From NCBI GenBank assembly GCA_012837385.1, contig DURH01000020.1:65972-129971 (forward strand): a stretch of DNA of 64,000 nucleotides, read 5' to 3'. The position numbers and the translations under genes were made by a program. A model generated the notes under the pieces. The model was not told the origin of the DNA and searched no databases. It saw only the letters and a list, made by a program, of their open reading frames with translations. Numbering within the stretch: the first letter of the stretch is position 1; every line of letters begins with the position of its first letter. The DNA is from Bacillota bacterium. Its GTDB lineage: Bacteria; Bacillota; Limnochordia; Darwinibacteriales; Darwinibacteriaceae. Below are positions 39,251 through 48,989 of the stretch, piece after piece.

Positions 39251-40837
39251 ATGACAGAAAATATGTCATCCAAATTACAGACAGTATTGAGCAAATCTAC
39301 CACCCAGTTCAACCTAGGAGCCGCGCAGTTGGTGCAGGCTGCCGTGAGACGGGGAGAGGGAAGGCTGGCGTCCACAGGTGCTCTTTCTACTACTACGGGA
39401 AAATACACCGGACGCTCACCCCACGATAAATTCGTAGTTGAAGACGAAGTGACCAGGGATACGGTGGCTTGGGGCCCAGTAAATGTCCCTTTTAGCGAAG
39501 AGAAGTTCTACAAGATCTATCAGATGGTGCTGGATTACTTAGAGCAACAAGAGGAACTTTTTGTATTTGATGGTTATGTAGGTGCTGATCCTGAGCATCG
39601 TATGCCGCTGAGGGTGGTCAACCAGTACGCTTGGCAGAACCTCTTTGCCCGGCAGTTATTCATCCGTCCTCTCCGGGAGGACCTCGAATCGCATCAACCT
39701 CAGTTCACCGTTATTGCCGTTCCCGGCCTCCAGGCAGTTCCGGAGAGAGATGGAACAAACTCTGAGGCTTTTGTCATAGTGTCCTTTAAGGAAAGGGTAG
39801 TGCTCATCGGCGGCACTGCGTACGCAGGGGAAATGAAAAAGTCGATTTTCACTGTGATGAACTACCTCTTGCCCTCCAAAGGCGTCTTATCCATGCACTG
39901 CTCAGCAAACGTTGGCCAAGACGGACGCACTGCCCTGTTTTTCGGGCTGTCTGGCACTGGCAAAACCACTCTCTCCGCTGATCCCCAGAGGAAGCTGGTA
40001 GGCGATGATGAGCATGGCTGGTCTGAGACGGGTATCTTCAATCTGGAAGGCGGCTGCTATGCCAAGTGTATCAATCTCTCCCGGGAGCATGAGCCGCAGA
40101 TTTGGGATGCTATTCGCTTTGGCTCAGTTCTTGAGAACGTGGTGCTGGATCCCCACGATCACGTCGCCGATTACTCCGACGGTTCCCTCACGGAGAACAC
40201 CAGGTGCGCATATCCCCTGGATTATATCCCGGGACGAGTAGACCCCAGCATCGCCGGCCATCCCACGGCAGTTGTTTTCCTCACCGCTGATGCCTTCGGA
40301 GTTCTGCCGCCCATCAGCATATTGGAAGATGAACAGATTATGTATCACTTTATCTCGGGCTACACCAGCAAACTCGCTGGCACAGAACGGGGAATCAAAC
40401 AGCCAGAGGCTACATTCTCAGCCTGCTTCGGCGAACCGTTCCTGCCCCTGAGCCCCCTGACCTATGCTGAGATGCTGAAGGACCGCGTCAATAAGCATGG
40501 GGCTAAGGTCTACCTGATCAACACAGGCTGGTCTGGTGGCCCCTATGGAGTGGGCGAACGGATTTCCCTCAAGTATACCAGGCAGATGGTTACTGCCGCA
40601 TTGTCTGGGGACCTGGATAATGTGGAAACCCGCCTAGATCCAGTCTTTGGTTTCAAGGTTCCCACCGGCTGCCCCGGTGTTCCCAGTGAGATTCTGGATC
40701 CCAAGACGACCTGGGCTGACCCCGCTGCCTATGATGAAAAGGCGAGGGAGCTGGCCAAGGCCTTCCAGGACAACTTCAAAGCAAAATACGCTGACTTGGC
40801 CCCAGAAGTGCGCCAAGCTGGCCCGAAACTAGACTAA
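39251..40837 (+). CDS. pckA: Phosphoenolpyruvate carboxykinase (ATP)
   Basis: Kinase-1a loop [11 protein letters not shown]; PEPCK-ATP signature regions. Start ATG 39251 has RBS AGGAGG. Confidence 0.9.
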   Translation: MTENMSSKLQTVLSKSTTQFNLGAAQLVQAAVRRGEGRLASTGALSTTTGKYTGRSPHDKFVVEDEVTRDTVAWGPVNVPFSEEKFYKIYQMVLDYLEQQEELFVFDGYVGADPEHRMPLRVVNQYAWQNLFARQLFIRPLREDLESHQPQFTVIAVPGLQAVPERDGTNSEAFVIVSFKERVVLIGGTAYAGEMKKSIFTVMNYLLPSKGVLSMHCSANVGQDGRTALFFGLSGTGKTTLSADPQRKLVGDDEHGWSETGIFNLEGGCYAKCINLSREHEPQIWDAIRFGSVLENVVLDPHDHVADYSDGSLTENTRCAYPLDYIPGRVDPSIAGHPTAVVFLTADAFGVLPPISILEDEQIMYHFISGYTSKLAGTERGIKQPEATFSACFGEPFLPLSPLTYAEMLKDRVNKHGAKVYLINTGWSGGPYGVGERISLKYTRQMVTAALSGDLDNVETRLDPVFGFKVPTGCPGVPSEILDPKTTWADPAAYDEKARELAKAFQDNFKAKYADLAPEVRQAGPKLD

Positions 40838-40848
40838 CTCGCTGTTAA

Positions 40849-40884
40849 CTGCAGAATAACTCATCTGGGTTATTCTGCAGTTTT
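40849..40884 (+). terminator. Intrinsic terminator after pckA
   Basis: 12-bp perfect stem ctgcagaataac/gttattctgcag, 8-nt loop, then TTTT. Confidence 0.75.
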
Positions 40885-41010
40885 CGTAAACAGGAAATGA
40901 CCCAATTGGGCCGAATATTTACAGGTTATAAACGGGAGACGGGGGAGGGATGGCATGATTGCCGGCCATGTCCCGTGGCCTGTTGGGCCATTACTGATGA
41001 GGTGGCGCAA

Positions 41011-41472
41011 TTGTTTAAGGTGATTGTAGATGCCGATGCCTGCCCACGGGCCTGCCTGCTCTTGCTGCAGAAGTACCAGAAAACCTGGCATTACAGATTG
41101 CTCACCATCGCGTCGGTGGATCATCGCGTTGACCATGGGGATCATGTAGTGGTGGGAAAAGGCCGAGATGCAGCTGATCTGGCGGTGATCAACCACACTG
41201 CTAAAGGGGATATTGTAGTTACTCAAGATTGGGGTTTGGCAGCCCTTGTGCTGGGGAAAGGGGCCCACGCTCTGTCGCCTTCAGGGAGGATTTATTCCGA
41301 TGAGAATATCGACTTCCTGCTGGAGGAGCGGTTTGTGAAAGCCAAGCATAGAAGGGCTGGGGGGCGTACCAAGGGTCCCGCTGCCCGTACAGACGAAGAT
41401 AACCGTAGATTTGAACAGAGTTTAATCAACCTACTGGAACGCGCTGCCCAAGGCGGCAGCTGCAGTAGGTAA
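41011..41472 (+). CDS. YaiI/YqxD-family protein (DUF188/UPF0178; PIN-like fold); TTG start proposed
   Basis: [10 protein letters not shown]... and [27 protein letters not shown] pattern of DUF188. TTG 41011 has RBS GAGGTGG; the ORF-track ATG at 40897 would add 38 residues with no family counterpart. Confidence 0.55.
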   Translation: MFKVIVDADACPRACLLLLQKYQKTWHYRLLTIASVDHRVDHGDHVVVGKGRDAADLAVINHTAKGDIVVTQDWGLAALVLGKGAHALSPSGRIYSDENIDFLLEERFVKAKHRRAGGRTKGPAARTDEDNRRFEQSLINLLERAAQGGSCSR

Positions 41473-41497
41473 GTTTGAGTATGTAAGGAGGATTTTA

Positions 41498-42451
41498 GTG
41501 GCAGAACATCGTTTTGCCGTCTTAGTAGATGGCGAGAACATTTCGCCTCGGTTTTTAGGTCCCATCCTGGCCGAAATCAACCGTTCCGGTGAAATCATAT
41601 TGACAAGAGTATACGGGGACTGGACTGAACCGCATATGGGAGGATGGAAGGACCTTTTGCAGAGCTATCCGGTAAGGCCGATTCAACAGTTTCGCTATGG
41701 CCAAAACGCCACAGACGGCGCTTTGATTATGGATGCCATAGAAATAGTCTCTACGAACCGCAACCCTGTAAATGCATTCTGTATAGTGTCCAGCGACAGT
41801 GACTACTACAGCCTGGCTTTACGTTTGCGGGAGCATGGGATGTATGTATGCGGAATTGGCCGTCAAGGAACCAAGAACATCTTAGTGCGCTCCTGCAATC
41901 GCTTTATCTATCTGGAGAACCTAGGTTTTTCGGGCAGCTCCCCCATCAAAGAAGAGGTTGAAACATCTCCGGGACAGCTTCCTGTGGAGGATATTGTGCG
42001 CAGGGCTTATGAGGCCAGTGACGAGGACAGCGATGGCTGGCTCCTTTTGGCCCACTTGGGACAAGCCATTCGCAGGGAGTATTCAGATTTTGATCCCCGC
42101 AGTTACAACTATACTAACCTGCTGGATATCCTGCGCTCCTATCCTGATTTGTTTGAGGTGCGCAGCAATAACAAGACTCCCCCTGTCTATTGGATGAGGG
42201 TTATTCCCACCGAATCCATGCCCCGCAAGCATAGAGGTGTAATCAAGCGCTTTATGGGCAACTATGGATTCATCCGTGGCGATAAAGGAGACTATTTTTT
42301 CACAAAAGCCAACCTAGCCGCGGATCAGAGAGACAAACATCTGAAACCGGGAACAACCGTGGAGTTCATCGAGATTAAGGCTCCTGATCCCGGTGGAGAG
42401 ACATCTTTAGAGAAGAATGGCCGAGCCCGCAATGTAGTGGTAGTCCACTAG
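41498..42451 (+). CDS. NYN-domain (LabA-like) ribonuclease-fold protein with central OST-HTH/LOTUS and C-terminal cold-shock domain
   Basis: NYN core AVLVDGENIS...VYGDW...FCIVSSDSDYYSLALRL...GIGR; LOTUS-like segment DGWLLLAHLGQAIRREY; C-terminal CSD HRGVIKRFMGNYGFIRGDKGDYFFTKANL; RBS AGGAGG. Confidence 0.75.
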   Translation: MAEHRFAVLVDGENISPRFLGPILAEINRSGEIILTRVYGDWTEPHMGGWKDLLQSYPVRPIQQFRYGQNATDGALIMDAIEIVSTNRNPVNAFCIVSSDSDYYSLALRLREHGMYVCGIGRQGTKNILVRSCNRFIYLENLGFSGSSPIKEEVETSPGQLPVEDIVRRAYEASDEDSDGWLLLAHLGQAIRREYSDFDPRSYNYTNLLDILRSYPDLFEVRSNNKTPPVYWMRVIPTESMPRKHRGVIKRFMGNYGFIRGDKGDYFFTKANLAADQRDKHLKPGTTVEFIEIKAPDPGGETSLEKNGRARNVVVVH

Positions 42452-42466
42452 AGAGGGAAGGATACC

Positions 42467-43237
42467 ATGCGCTTTCTACTCTTGTGTGACGCTTCTCAGC
42501 CCAGCAAAGTTGCCCCCATTTGCAGGAAAGCAGGGCTGGGAGTGGAAATGCAGTCCTTTTCGAATCCAGAATACCCCGTGAGGCAGCCAGATTCCGTTGA
42601 ACTGCACAGCGCTGCTTACCATGGGGTACACCCGAGATCCCTGCATGGGCCCTTTGGCGATCTCAGCCCGGGCAGCTGCGATCCCTTGATTCGCCAGGTT
42701 ACCAGGGAGCGGTTTGAGTTCGCCTACGACTATGCTGTAAGGCTGGGAGCCCAGCATGTCGTACTGCACCATGGGTATGTTCCCCACACCAATACCTACG
42801 GCGGGTGGCTGCGGCGCTGTGTGCAGTTTTGGGAGGACTTTTTGGAGGACAAAGACCCGAACCTGGCTTTTTACCTGGAGAACCTCTTGGAACAGGAGCC
42901 AAAGCTTCTAGGCGAGGTGGTGGGCACGGTTGATCGTCCCAACTTGAGAGTGTGTTTGGATGTAGGCCACGCCTTTTGCCACGGCAAAACTCCAGTGGAA
43001 CGCTGGATTGAGGAACTTGGAGAGCTCATTGGTTATGTGCATTTTCACGATAATCAAGGGGACCAAGATGCCCATCTTTCCTTAGGAGAGGGGCGTCTTC
43101 CCTTGGATCAGATCTGTCACAGCTTGGAAAAGAACGCGCCAGGAGCGGTGTGGGCGCTGGAAGTTGGGCCAGAAAACCTAGAAGACTCCCTGTTTTGGCT
43201 GGAGTCCCATGGCTATCTTCCCGTAGGTGGGTGTTAG
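42467..43237 (+). CDS. Xylose-isomerase-like TIM-barrel protein (AP_endonuc_2 / sugar-phosphate isomerase-epimerase family)
   Basis: Conserved HVVLHHG, ENLLEQE, CLDVGHAF and HFHDNQGD metal-ligand pattern of the Endo IV / sugar isomerase TIM barrel. Confidence 0.7.
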   Translation: MRFLLLCDASQPSKVAPICRKAGLGVEMQSFSNPEYPVRQPDSVELHSAAYHGVHPRSLHGPFGDLSPGSCDPLIRQVTRERFEFAYDYAVRLGAQHVVLHHGYVPHTNTYGGWLRRCVQFWEDFLEDKDPNLAFYLENLLEQEPKLLGEVVGTVDRPNLRVCLDVGHAFCHGKTPVERWIEELGELIGYVHFHDNQGDQDAHLSLGEGRLPLDQICHSLEKNAPGAVWALEVGPENLEDSLFWLESHGYLPVGGC

Positions 43238-43239
43238 CA

Positions 43240-43731
43240 GTGAATTTTGATTTTCAGCCCATGGATCTGCGGTCAGCACTGTCCATTGTGGAGTGGGAGT
43301 ACCCACCTCCCTATGAAGAGTACAACCTCTATGGCTCGCCCTTAGCCCTGCTGAGGATGCTGGAAGGAGAGTACTTTGCAGCTTTTGCAGGGGAAGTCTT
43401 AATGGGTTTTATCTGTTTTGGGCGCGCTGCACAGCTCGTGGAGGAGCGGGACCATGACCTCTATCAGGAACCCTATCTGGATCTCGGCCTGGGCATGCAC
43501 CCCCAGTGGTGTTCCAAAGGGCTGGGGACAGCTTTCGTGGGCAGGGCCCTGGAGTTTGCCGGGCAGTTCTGGCCAGGTGGTTTCAGGCTCACAGTGGCCT
43601 CCAAGAATCTTCGGGCCATGAAAGTGTACTCCCGCCTGGGTTTCCGGGAGGTGGGGCGGATCAATGCGGGTTTTCTGGTAATGATTCGAGATAATCCCGG
43701 GCAAGCAGAACCAGGGTCTGGGGATGGTTGA
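43240..43731 (+). CDS. GNAT-family N-acetyltransferase; GTG start proposed
   Basis: Acetyl-CoA motif A GLGTAFVGRALEFA. GTG 43240 has RBS AGGTGGG; its 3' end overlaps the convergent cca gene. Confidence 0.65.
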   Translation: MNFDFQPMDLRSALSIVEWEYPPPYEEYNLYGSPLALLRMLEGEYFAAFAGEVLMGFICFGRAAQLVEERDHDLYQEPYLDLGLGMHPQWCSKGLGTAFVGRALEFAGQFWPGGFRLTVASKNLRAMKVYSRLGFREVGRINAGFLVMIRDNPGQAEPGSGDG

Positions 43732-44995
43732 GCTTAGGGTCTTCCCATACCCGTTCCAGCAAATAGGTTAGGATCTCCCCGATGATGGGGCCGGGTTTTA
43801 GATTCAGCTCCTTCATCACTTGATGGCCATCGATCTTCAGATCTTGGAGGGTAAGGGCAGAGGCCTCGTCTAAAACCGCTTGGATGCGCGCTTCCAGCTC
43901 TCTTCCGAAGGCTAGGATCTGACGGGGCGCGGCGTTCATGCCTGCCATATCTGCCTGTCTGAGTTTGACCAGTTCTAAAGCGGTCTCAGGACCCACTTTT
44001 CCTACAAACCTACGCACGGCTTTGTGGGAAGAGTGGGGATGGAGGCCAAACATATGATGGGCGATGAGCGTAGAGACCCTGGTGATCAGACTGCTGCTGG
44101 CGCGCAGACGCTTCAGCAGCTTTTCTGCCATCTGGGCGCTGATCTCTGCATGGCATCGCCCTGGCTCCTCCTGCTTGCCTAGGTCGTGGAGGAGGGCGGC
44201 CCAGCGCAGGGGCAGATCAGGGTAGGCGAAGTGGGCTGCTGTAAGGGAATGGGTAAGGAGATCATAGGGATGGCTTGGGCCTGCTGAAATTCCGCGGCAG
44301 GCAGCGAGCTCGGGAATTACCTGCTCCATGAGGCCGCTGGAGTAAAAGGTTTGCAGGGCAGGGAGCAGTTCCCGGCCCACCAGCATCTTATTAAGCTCGG
44401 ACAAGACCCGCTCTGGGCTGACACTGGACATGAGGTGAACCAGCTCGGGCAGGGCTCTCTCAGTTTTTTTGGCGATACGGAAGCCCAGGGTGGCTTGAAA
44501 GCGGATCAAGCGAAGCATGCGCAGGGGGTCTTCCTGAAAGCGCGTGAAAGGCTCTCCCACAGTGGTCAGGAGTTTCTTTTTGAGGTGCTTAGCGCCTCCA
44601 AAGGGGTCAATGATTCGCTTGGCAAAAGGATCATAGCCCAAGGCGTTAATTGTAAAGTCGCGCCTGCTCAGATCCAGCTCCAGGCTGCTGGTATAGGTGA
44701 TGTAATCGGGGTGCCGCCTGTCACTGTAAGGGCCGTCGCTCCGCATGGTGGTCACTTCCAGGGGCATACCTTCCAGAAGGACCGTTACTGTTCCAAATCT
44801 TCTGCCTGTGGGCAGGGAATGGGGAAACAAAGCTTCGATTTGATCAGGCTCAGCATCGGTAGCGATATCCCAGTCTGTGGGAGTTAGGCCCAGGAGACTG
44901 TCGCGGATGGCTCCACCGACTAGGTACGCCTGGAAGCTTTGTTTTTTTAGAATCTCGCAGGCACAAAGGGCCTGTGGGGGCACCTTGATGGGCAT
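43661..44995 (-). CDS. cca: CCA-adding tRNA nucleotidyltransferase / poly(A) polymerase family with a C-terminal HD domain
   Basis: Head domain GGAIRDSLLG...DWD; HD motif LHDLGK; about 444 aa. Confidence 0.85.
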   Translation of the reverse strand: MPIKVPPQALCACEILKKQSFQAYLVGGAIRDSLLGLTPTDWDIATDAEPDQIEALFPHSLPTGRRFGTVTVLLEGMPLEVTTMRSDGPYSDRRHPDYITYTSSLELDLSRRDFTINALGYDPFAKRIIDPFGGAKHLKKKLLTTVGEPFTRFQEDPLRMLRLIRFQATLGFRIAKKTERALPELVHLMSSVSPERVLSELNKMLVGRELLPALQTFYSSGLMEQVIPELAACRGISAGPSHPYDLLTHSLTAAHFAYPDLPLRWAALLHDLGKQEEPGRCHAEISAQMAEKLLKRLRASSSLITRVSTLIAHHMFGLHPHSSHKAVRRFVGKVGPETALELVKLRQADMAGMNAAPRQILAFGRELEARIQAVLDEASALTLQDLKIDGHQVMKELNLKPGPIIGEILTYLLERVWEDPKLNHPQTLVLLARDYLESLPENPH

Positions 44996-45124
44996 ACGCG
45001 TTCCTCCTCAGCGCCTTTTCCTTTCGTCATTTGCTACTCTTTCTCCTTTTCAGCGAAGGAATGCTCTTCTAAATATGGAATTGTATTAGTCACTACGGAA
45101 TCATCAGACACAGGTGGTGCAGCA

Positions 45125-45844
45125 GTGCAGAGCAATCTATCCCTGGAATTCGGCCCCTTAGTGCGAGCGGTGTTCCTAGAACGCCCTAATCGATTCTTGG
45201 CCATCTGTCAGCTGGAGTGTTCCAGTGAGACTGTGGAAGCCCATGTAGCGGATCCAGGGCGCTTGAAGGAACTCTTGGTGCCAGGCGCGGTAGTTTATCT
45301 AAGATCCTCAGATAATCCCACACGCAGAACCAAGTGGTCTGTGATCTTAGTGGAAGCGCCAGGGGCCGTCTTGGTTTCTCTGCAGTCTGCCCTCGTTAAC
45401 CAATTGACAGATATGGCGCTGCGCAATAAAGCCGTTGCCGAGTTGGAGGATTGGGAACTGGTGAACCGTGAGTACACCGTAGGAAAATCGAGGTTTGATT
45501 TTCTACTGCGAAAGAGTAGAGGAAAGCAGATGCTCCTGGAGGTAAAGAGCTGTACTTTGGTGCAGGATGGAATGGCCATGTTCCCTGATGCGGTTACCAC
45601 TAGGGGCAGGAGGCATCTGCAGGAGTTGACTCACCTCCAGGCCAGCGGAGCCTATGGAGGTACGGTGTTGTTTGTTGTACAGAGGTCAGATGCCCGGGCC
45701 TTTAAGCCTGCTGAGCATATTGATCCCCAATTTGCTGAAGCGCTGCGGCAGGCGCATCAGGGAGGTATTGGGGTATTGGTCTATGACTGTAAGGTGGACG
45801 TGCACGGCATAGCTTGGGGGCAGAGACTTCCCGTCGATCTTTAG
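45125..45844 (+). CDS. sfsA: Sugar fermentation stimulation protein A
   Basis: Characteristic SfsA N-terminus VFLERPNRFLAICQLE; GTG start with RBS AGGTGG. Confidence 0.85.
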   Translation: MQSNLSLEFGPLVRAVFLERPNRFLAICQLECSSETVEAHVADPGRLKELLVPGAVVYLRSSDNPTRRTKWSVILVEAPGAVLVSLQSALVNQLTDMALRNKAVAELEDWELVNREYTVGKSRFDFLLRKSRGKQMLLEVKSCTLVQDGMAMFPDAVTTRGRRHLQELTHLQASGAYGGTVLFVVQRSDARAFKPAEHIDPQFAEALRQAHQGGIGVLVYDCKVDVHGIAWGQRLPVDL

Positions 45845-45859
45845 AAGGAGGTTGGTTGC

Positions 45860-46843
45860 ATGGTCGCTGAGCTCTTCACCAAGACGCATATTGCGGTGAT
45901 TTGGGATTTCGACAAGACGCTCATTCCCGGTTATATGCAGGAGCCTTTGTTTCGGCATTACAAAGTAGACAGCCGGAAATTCTGGCGCGAGGTCAACTCC
46001 CTCCCTGCGTATCTGCGCCGGGAAGGAAACGAAATGGTGGCTGAGGACAGCATCTACCTTAACCATATCTTGTCCTATGTACGGGCAGGGGTGTTCAGGG
46101 GCTTAAATAACAAGCTTTTGAGGAAACTAGGAAGTGAGCTGGAGTTTTACCCCGGGCTGCCGCAGTTCTTTCTTGAGGTAAAGGAACATGTGACCAACCA
46201 TCCAGTGTATCGTAAACATGACATCAAAGTGGAACACTATATTGTCAGCACCGGACTGCGCCAGATGATTTTGGGCAGCAAAATTGCGGAGTATGTGGAT
46301 GGTGTTTGGGCCTGTGAGTTTGTGGAGATGCGGCTGCCGCCAGGCTATCTGCAAAACGGAGTTCCCGAACGGCCTGAAGAAGAGATTACCATCGAGGACA
46401 TAGGTTTTATCATCGATAACACCACCAAGACTCGAGCCATTTTCGAGATCAATAAGGGAGTAAACAAACTAGAGGCCATTGATGTTAACACCTTTATTCC
46501 CCGGTCTGAACGGCGCATCCCCTTCCAGAATATGATTTATATCGCCGATGGCCCCAGTGATGTGCCGGTCTTTTCCCTAATTAACCAAAATGGGGGCAGA
46601 ACTTTTGGAGTGTATGCCAAGGGTGCCCGGGAGGAGTTCGCTCAAGTCAACAAGCTGCAGAAGCAAGGCAGGATTCATTCCTTTGGAGAGGCAAATTACG
46701 AGCCCAATACTCAGACCTATATGTGGATTATGAACGCTGTGGACGAAATCGCCGAAACCATAGTCCGCAACACAGAGTTTGTGCTCTCAAGCAGAACTGG
46801 AGAATCGCCGCGGCACTTAGATGGACAGGAGGAGCTGGAGTGA
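45860..46843 (+). CDS. HAD-superfamily hydrolase (phosphatase)
   Basis: HAD motif I VIWDFDKTL, motif II STG, Lys motif KTRAIFEINKG, motif IV IYIADGPSD; RBS GGAGG. Confidence 0.7.
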   Translation: MVAELFTKTHIAVIWDFDKTLIPGYMQEPLFRHYKVDSRKFWREVNSLPAYLRREGNEMVAEDSIYLNHILSYVRAGVFRGLNNKLLRKLGSELEFYPGLPQFFLEVKEHVTNHPVYRKHDIKVEHYIVSTGLRQMILGSKIAEYVDGVWACEFVEMRLPPGYLQNGVPERPEEEITIEDIGFIIDNTTKTRAIFEINKGVNKLEAIDVNTFIPRSERRIPFQNMIYIADGPSDVPVFSLINQNGGRTFGVYAKGAREEFAQVNKLQKQGRIHSFGEANYEPNTQTYMWIMNAVDEIAETIVRNTEFVLSSRTGESPRHLDGQEELE

Positions 46844-47772
46844 AGGAGCTATTGGTTAAGTGGGGTTCTGAGTTTAGAGATGCTGACATTTCATCCCTGC
46901 AAGATGGGGTCTGGCGGGTCCAAGTTGGGGATCAGACTTACATTCTCAAACACCGGGACACCCGCACGCGGGTCTGGGAGGAGTATAACCTGCTCACCTG
47001 GCTGACGGAACAGGGGCATCCCATTTCTCCTCTGCTCTACACTACAGAGGGGCTGCCTTGGGCCGAATACCAGCTGGGGATCTATGTTCTCTACCGCTTC
47101 GTCGAAGGCACGCCAGGCGACGAACTGAACAGCTGCTCGCCGGAGTTCGCTAGGGAAGCTGGATCTACGCTAGCTCGCTTGCACCAGGCCTTGGCTGCTT
47201 ACGATGCCGGTGACGCGTTTCCTACCTTTGATCTGTTTCACGAAGTGGCGAGTTTTGCCTGGCCAACAGTGCAGGGTTACGCTGCCCAGAGGTTCGGCCA
47301 CACCCTCCATGCCTTAAAGGAGACCATAGAAGGGGAGCTGGTCAACCCCTATGAATCCCTGCCTAGGCAGCTGATTCACCGGGATTTCCATCCAGCGAAC
47401 TTGATTTTTCGGGGGAATAAGATCGCAGGTATCCTGGATTTCGATCGGGTGCGCTTGGGTGTCCGCCTCTTTGATCTGTGCTATTTGGCCACCGCGGTCT
47501 TGAGCGAGGTGTTCGATGATCCGAATAAGCGCAGTGCCTGGCTGAGCTTTGTGCAGGAGCTTATTGCAGGGTACCATTCAGTCCAGCCCATGGAAAGGAC
47601 GGAGGGCTACGCCTTCCTCTGTATGGCTTATTTGATTCAAGTGCTTTTTGCCGCTTACTTCCTGGACGCTGGGAATATTGGCCTGGCCGACCGCAATCTG
47701 GCTATGCTGATGTGGCTCTATGACCAGCAGGAGTTTCTTCAGCCTGTGATTGAGAAAATGGTGGCGGGCTAA
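46840..47772 (+). CDS. Phosphotransferase-family kinase (APH/choline kinase/CotS-like fold); GTG start overlapping the HAD stop (GTGA)
   Basis: Brenner motif LIHRDFHPANLIF and DFD. GTG 46840 has RBS AGGAGGAG; the ORF-track ATG at 46723 lies inside the HAD gene. Confidence 0.7.
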   Translation: MKELLVKWGSEFRDADISSLQDGVWRVQVGDQTYILKHRDTRTRVWEEYNLLTWLTEQGHPISPLLYTTEGLPWAEYQLGIYVLYRFVEGTPGDELNSCSPEFAREAGSTLARLHQALAAYDAGDAFPTFDLFHEVASFAWPTVQGYAAQRFGHTLHALKETIEGELVNPYESLPRQLIHRDFHPANLIFRGNKIAGILDFDRVRLGVRLFDLCYLATAVLSEVFDDPNKRSAWLSFVQELIAGYHSVQPMERTEGYAFLCMAYLIQVLFAAYFLDAGNIGLADRNLAMLMWLYDQQEFLQPVIEKMVAG

Positions 47773-47783
47773 GTAGGTGATGC

Positions 47784-48989
47784 GTGATGAGAGAGTTCAG
47801 CAAACTGGGGGATCTGCTTAAGGAAATGCTGCCCACAGGGAAGGTGTTAGCCTGTACGCTGAGCAAGCGCCGGCGCAAGTCCCTTCCCTATGAACGGGTG
47901 TCCCTGCGTCCCGTGGAACTGAGGGGTAGGCTGCATTACCAGGCTGCTTACCACTACCCCCAAAAAGTACTGCATGAGAACCTTCTTCCAGAGCAGGCCC
48001 AGGAGTTGGTCCTGCAGATGATGGAGGATACTTTTCGCCAGGCGCACTTCTGCACACCTGAGGCCGATTACCAAGTATTGGTAAGTAAGAAGGGGGTAGA
48101 GAAGATTCTGCGCCTAGCCCCTTCCCGCCAAGAGCAGGACGCGGTTTTGGCCCACAATCGGCCCAAGCGCTATGCCCTCCAAGAAGGAACCGTCTATCCC
48201 TTCTTGGTGGAGCTGGGGGTTATGAACAGCTCGGGAAAGGTTTTGGCCAAGCGCTACCACAAGTTCAGGCAGCTGAATAAGTACCTGGAGATTGTAGAAG
48301 ACTGTTTACCCCATCTGCAGAACCGTTCCGCTTCGCCACTGACTATCGTAGACTTTGGGAGCGGCAAAGCCTATCTCACCTTTGCCCTCTACCATTTCTT
48401 GGTTGAGCATCTGCACATCCCGGTACGGATTGTGGGGCTCGATCTCAAGGCAGACGTGGTCAACTTCTGCAATCAGATGGCCCGCAAACTGGGTTACCAG
48501 CACCTAGAGTTTCTCTGTGCTGATATCCGGGACTTCGAAGCATCAGGACCAGTGGATATGGTGGTCTCCCTGCACGCCTGCGATACGGCCACTGACTATG
48601 CCTTGGCACAGGCAGTGCAGTGGGGGGCGCAGGTGATTCTGGCAGTCCCCTGCTGCCAGCATGAGGTCGCTGCCCAACTGGGCAAAGAAGTGGATCCAGT
48701 GCTTTTGGAACATGGTATTGTGAAAGAACGGGTGGCGGCACTGCTTACTGATGCTGCTAGGGGCAAACTCTTGGAGACAGTGGGCTATTCAGTGCAGATT
48801 ATGGAATTCGTCGATCTGGAACACACTCCGAAGAATATCCTGATCCGTGCCTTCAAGGGCCGCCCATCGGGAGTGGCGCGGGCGGTACAGGACTACAGTC
48901 GTTTCAAGGAGTATTGGGGCGCTAAACCGACATTAGAAGTTCTTTTGACGAAGGAGAGTCGAGATGCTGAGACTAAGCCAGGAAGTTAG
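47784..48989 (+). CDS. Class I SAM-dependent methyltransferase (about 400 aa, Methyltransf_32/METTL25-like architecture)
   Basis: Motif I IVDFGSGKAYLTFAL; acidic VGLDLK; post-motif-II CADIRDF; long N-terminal domain of unknown function. Confidence 0.65.
   Translation: MMREFSKLGDLLKEMLPTGKVLACTLSKRRRKSLPYERVSLRPVELRGRLHYQAAYHYPQKVLHENLLPEQAQELVLQMMEDTFRQAHFCTPEADYQVLVSKKGVEKILRLAPSRQEQDAVLAHNRPKRYALQEGTVYPFLVELGVMNSSGKVLAKRYHKFRQLNKYLEIVEDCLPHLQNRSASPLTIVDFGSGKAYLTFALYHFLVEHLHIPVRIVGLDLKADVVNFCNQMARKLGYQHLEFLCADIRDFEASGPVDMVVSLHACDTATDYALAQAVQWGAQVILAVPCCQHEVAAQLGKEVDPVLLEHGIVKERVAALLTDAARGKLLETVGYSVQIMEFVDLEHTPKNILIRAFKGRPSGVARAVQDYSRFKEYWGAKPTLEVLLTKESRDAETKPGS

Noticed and set aside
46723-46839. 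ATG start of the kinase ORF inside the HAD gene
   Set aside because: The extension is Arg/Cys-rich and has no RBS. GTG 46840 has AGGAGGAG and overlaps the HAD stop in the classic GTGA coupling.
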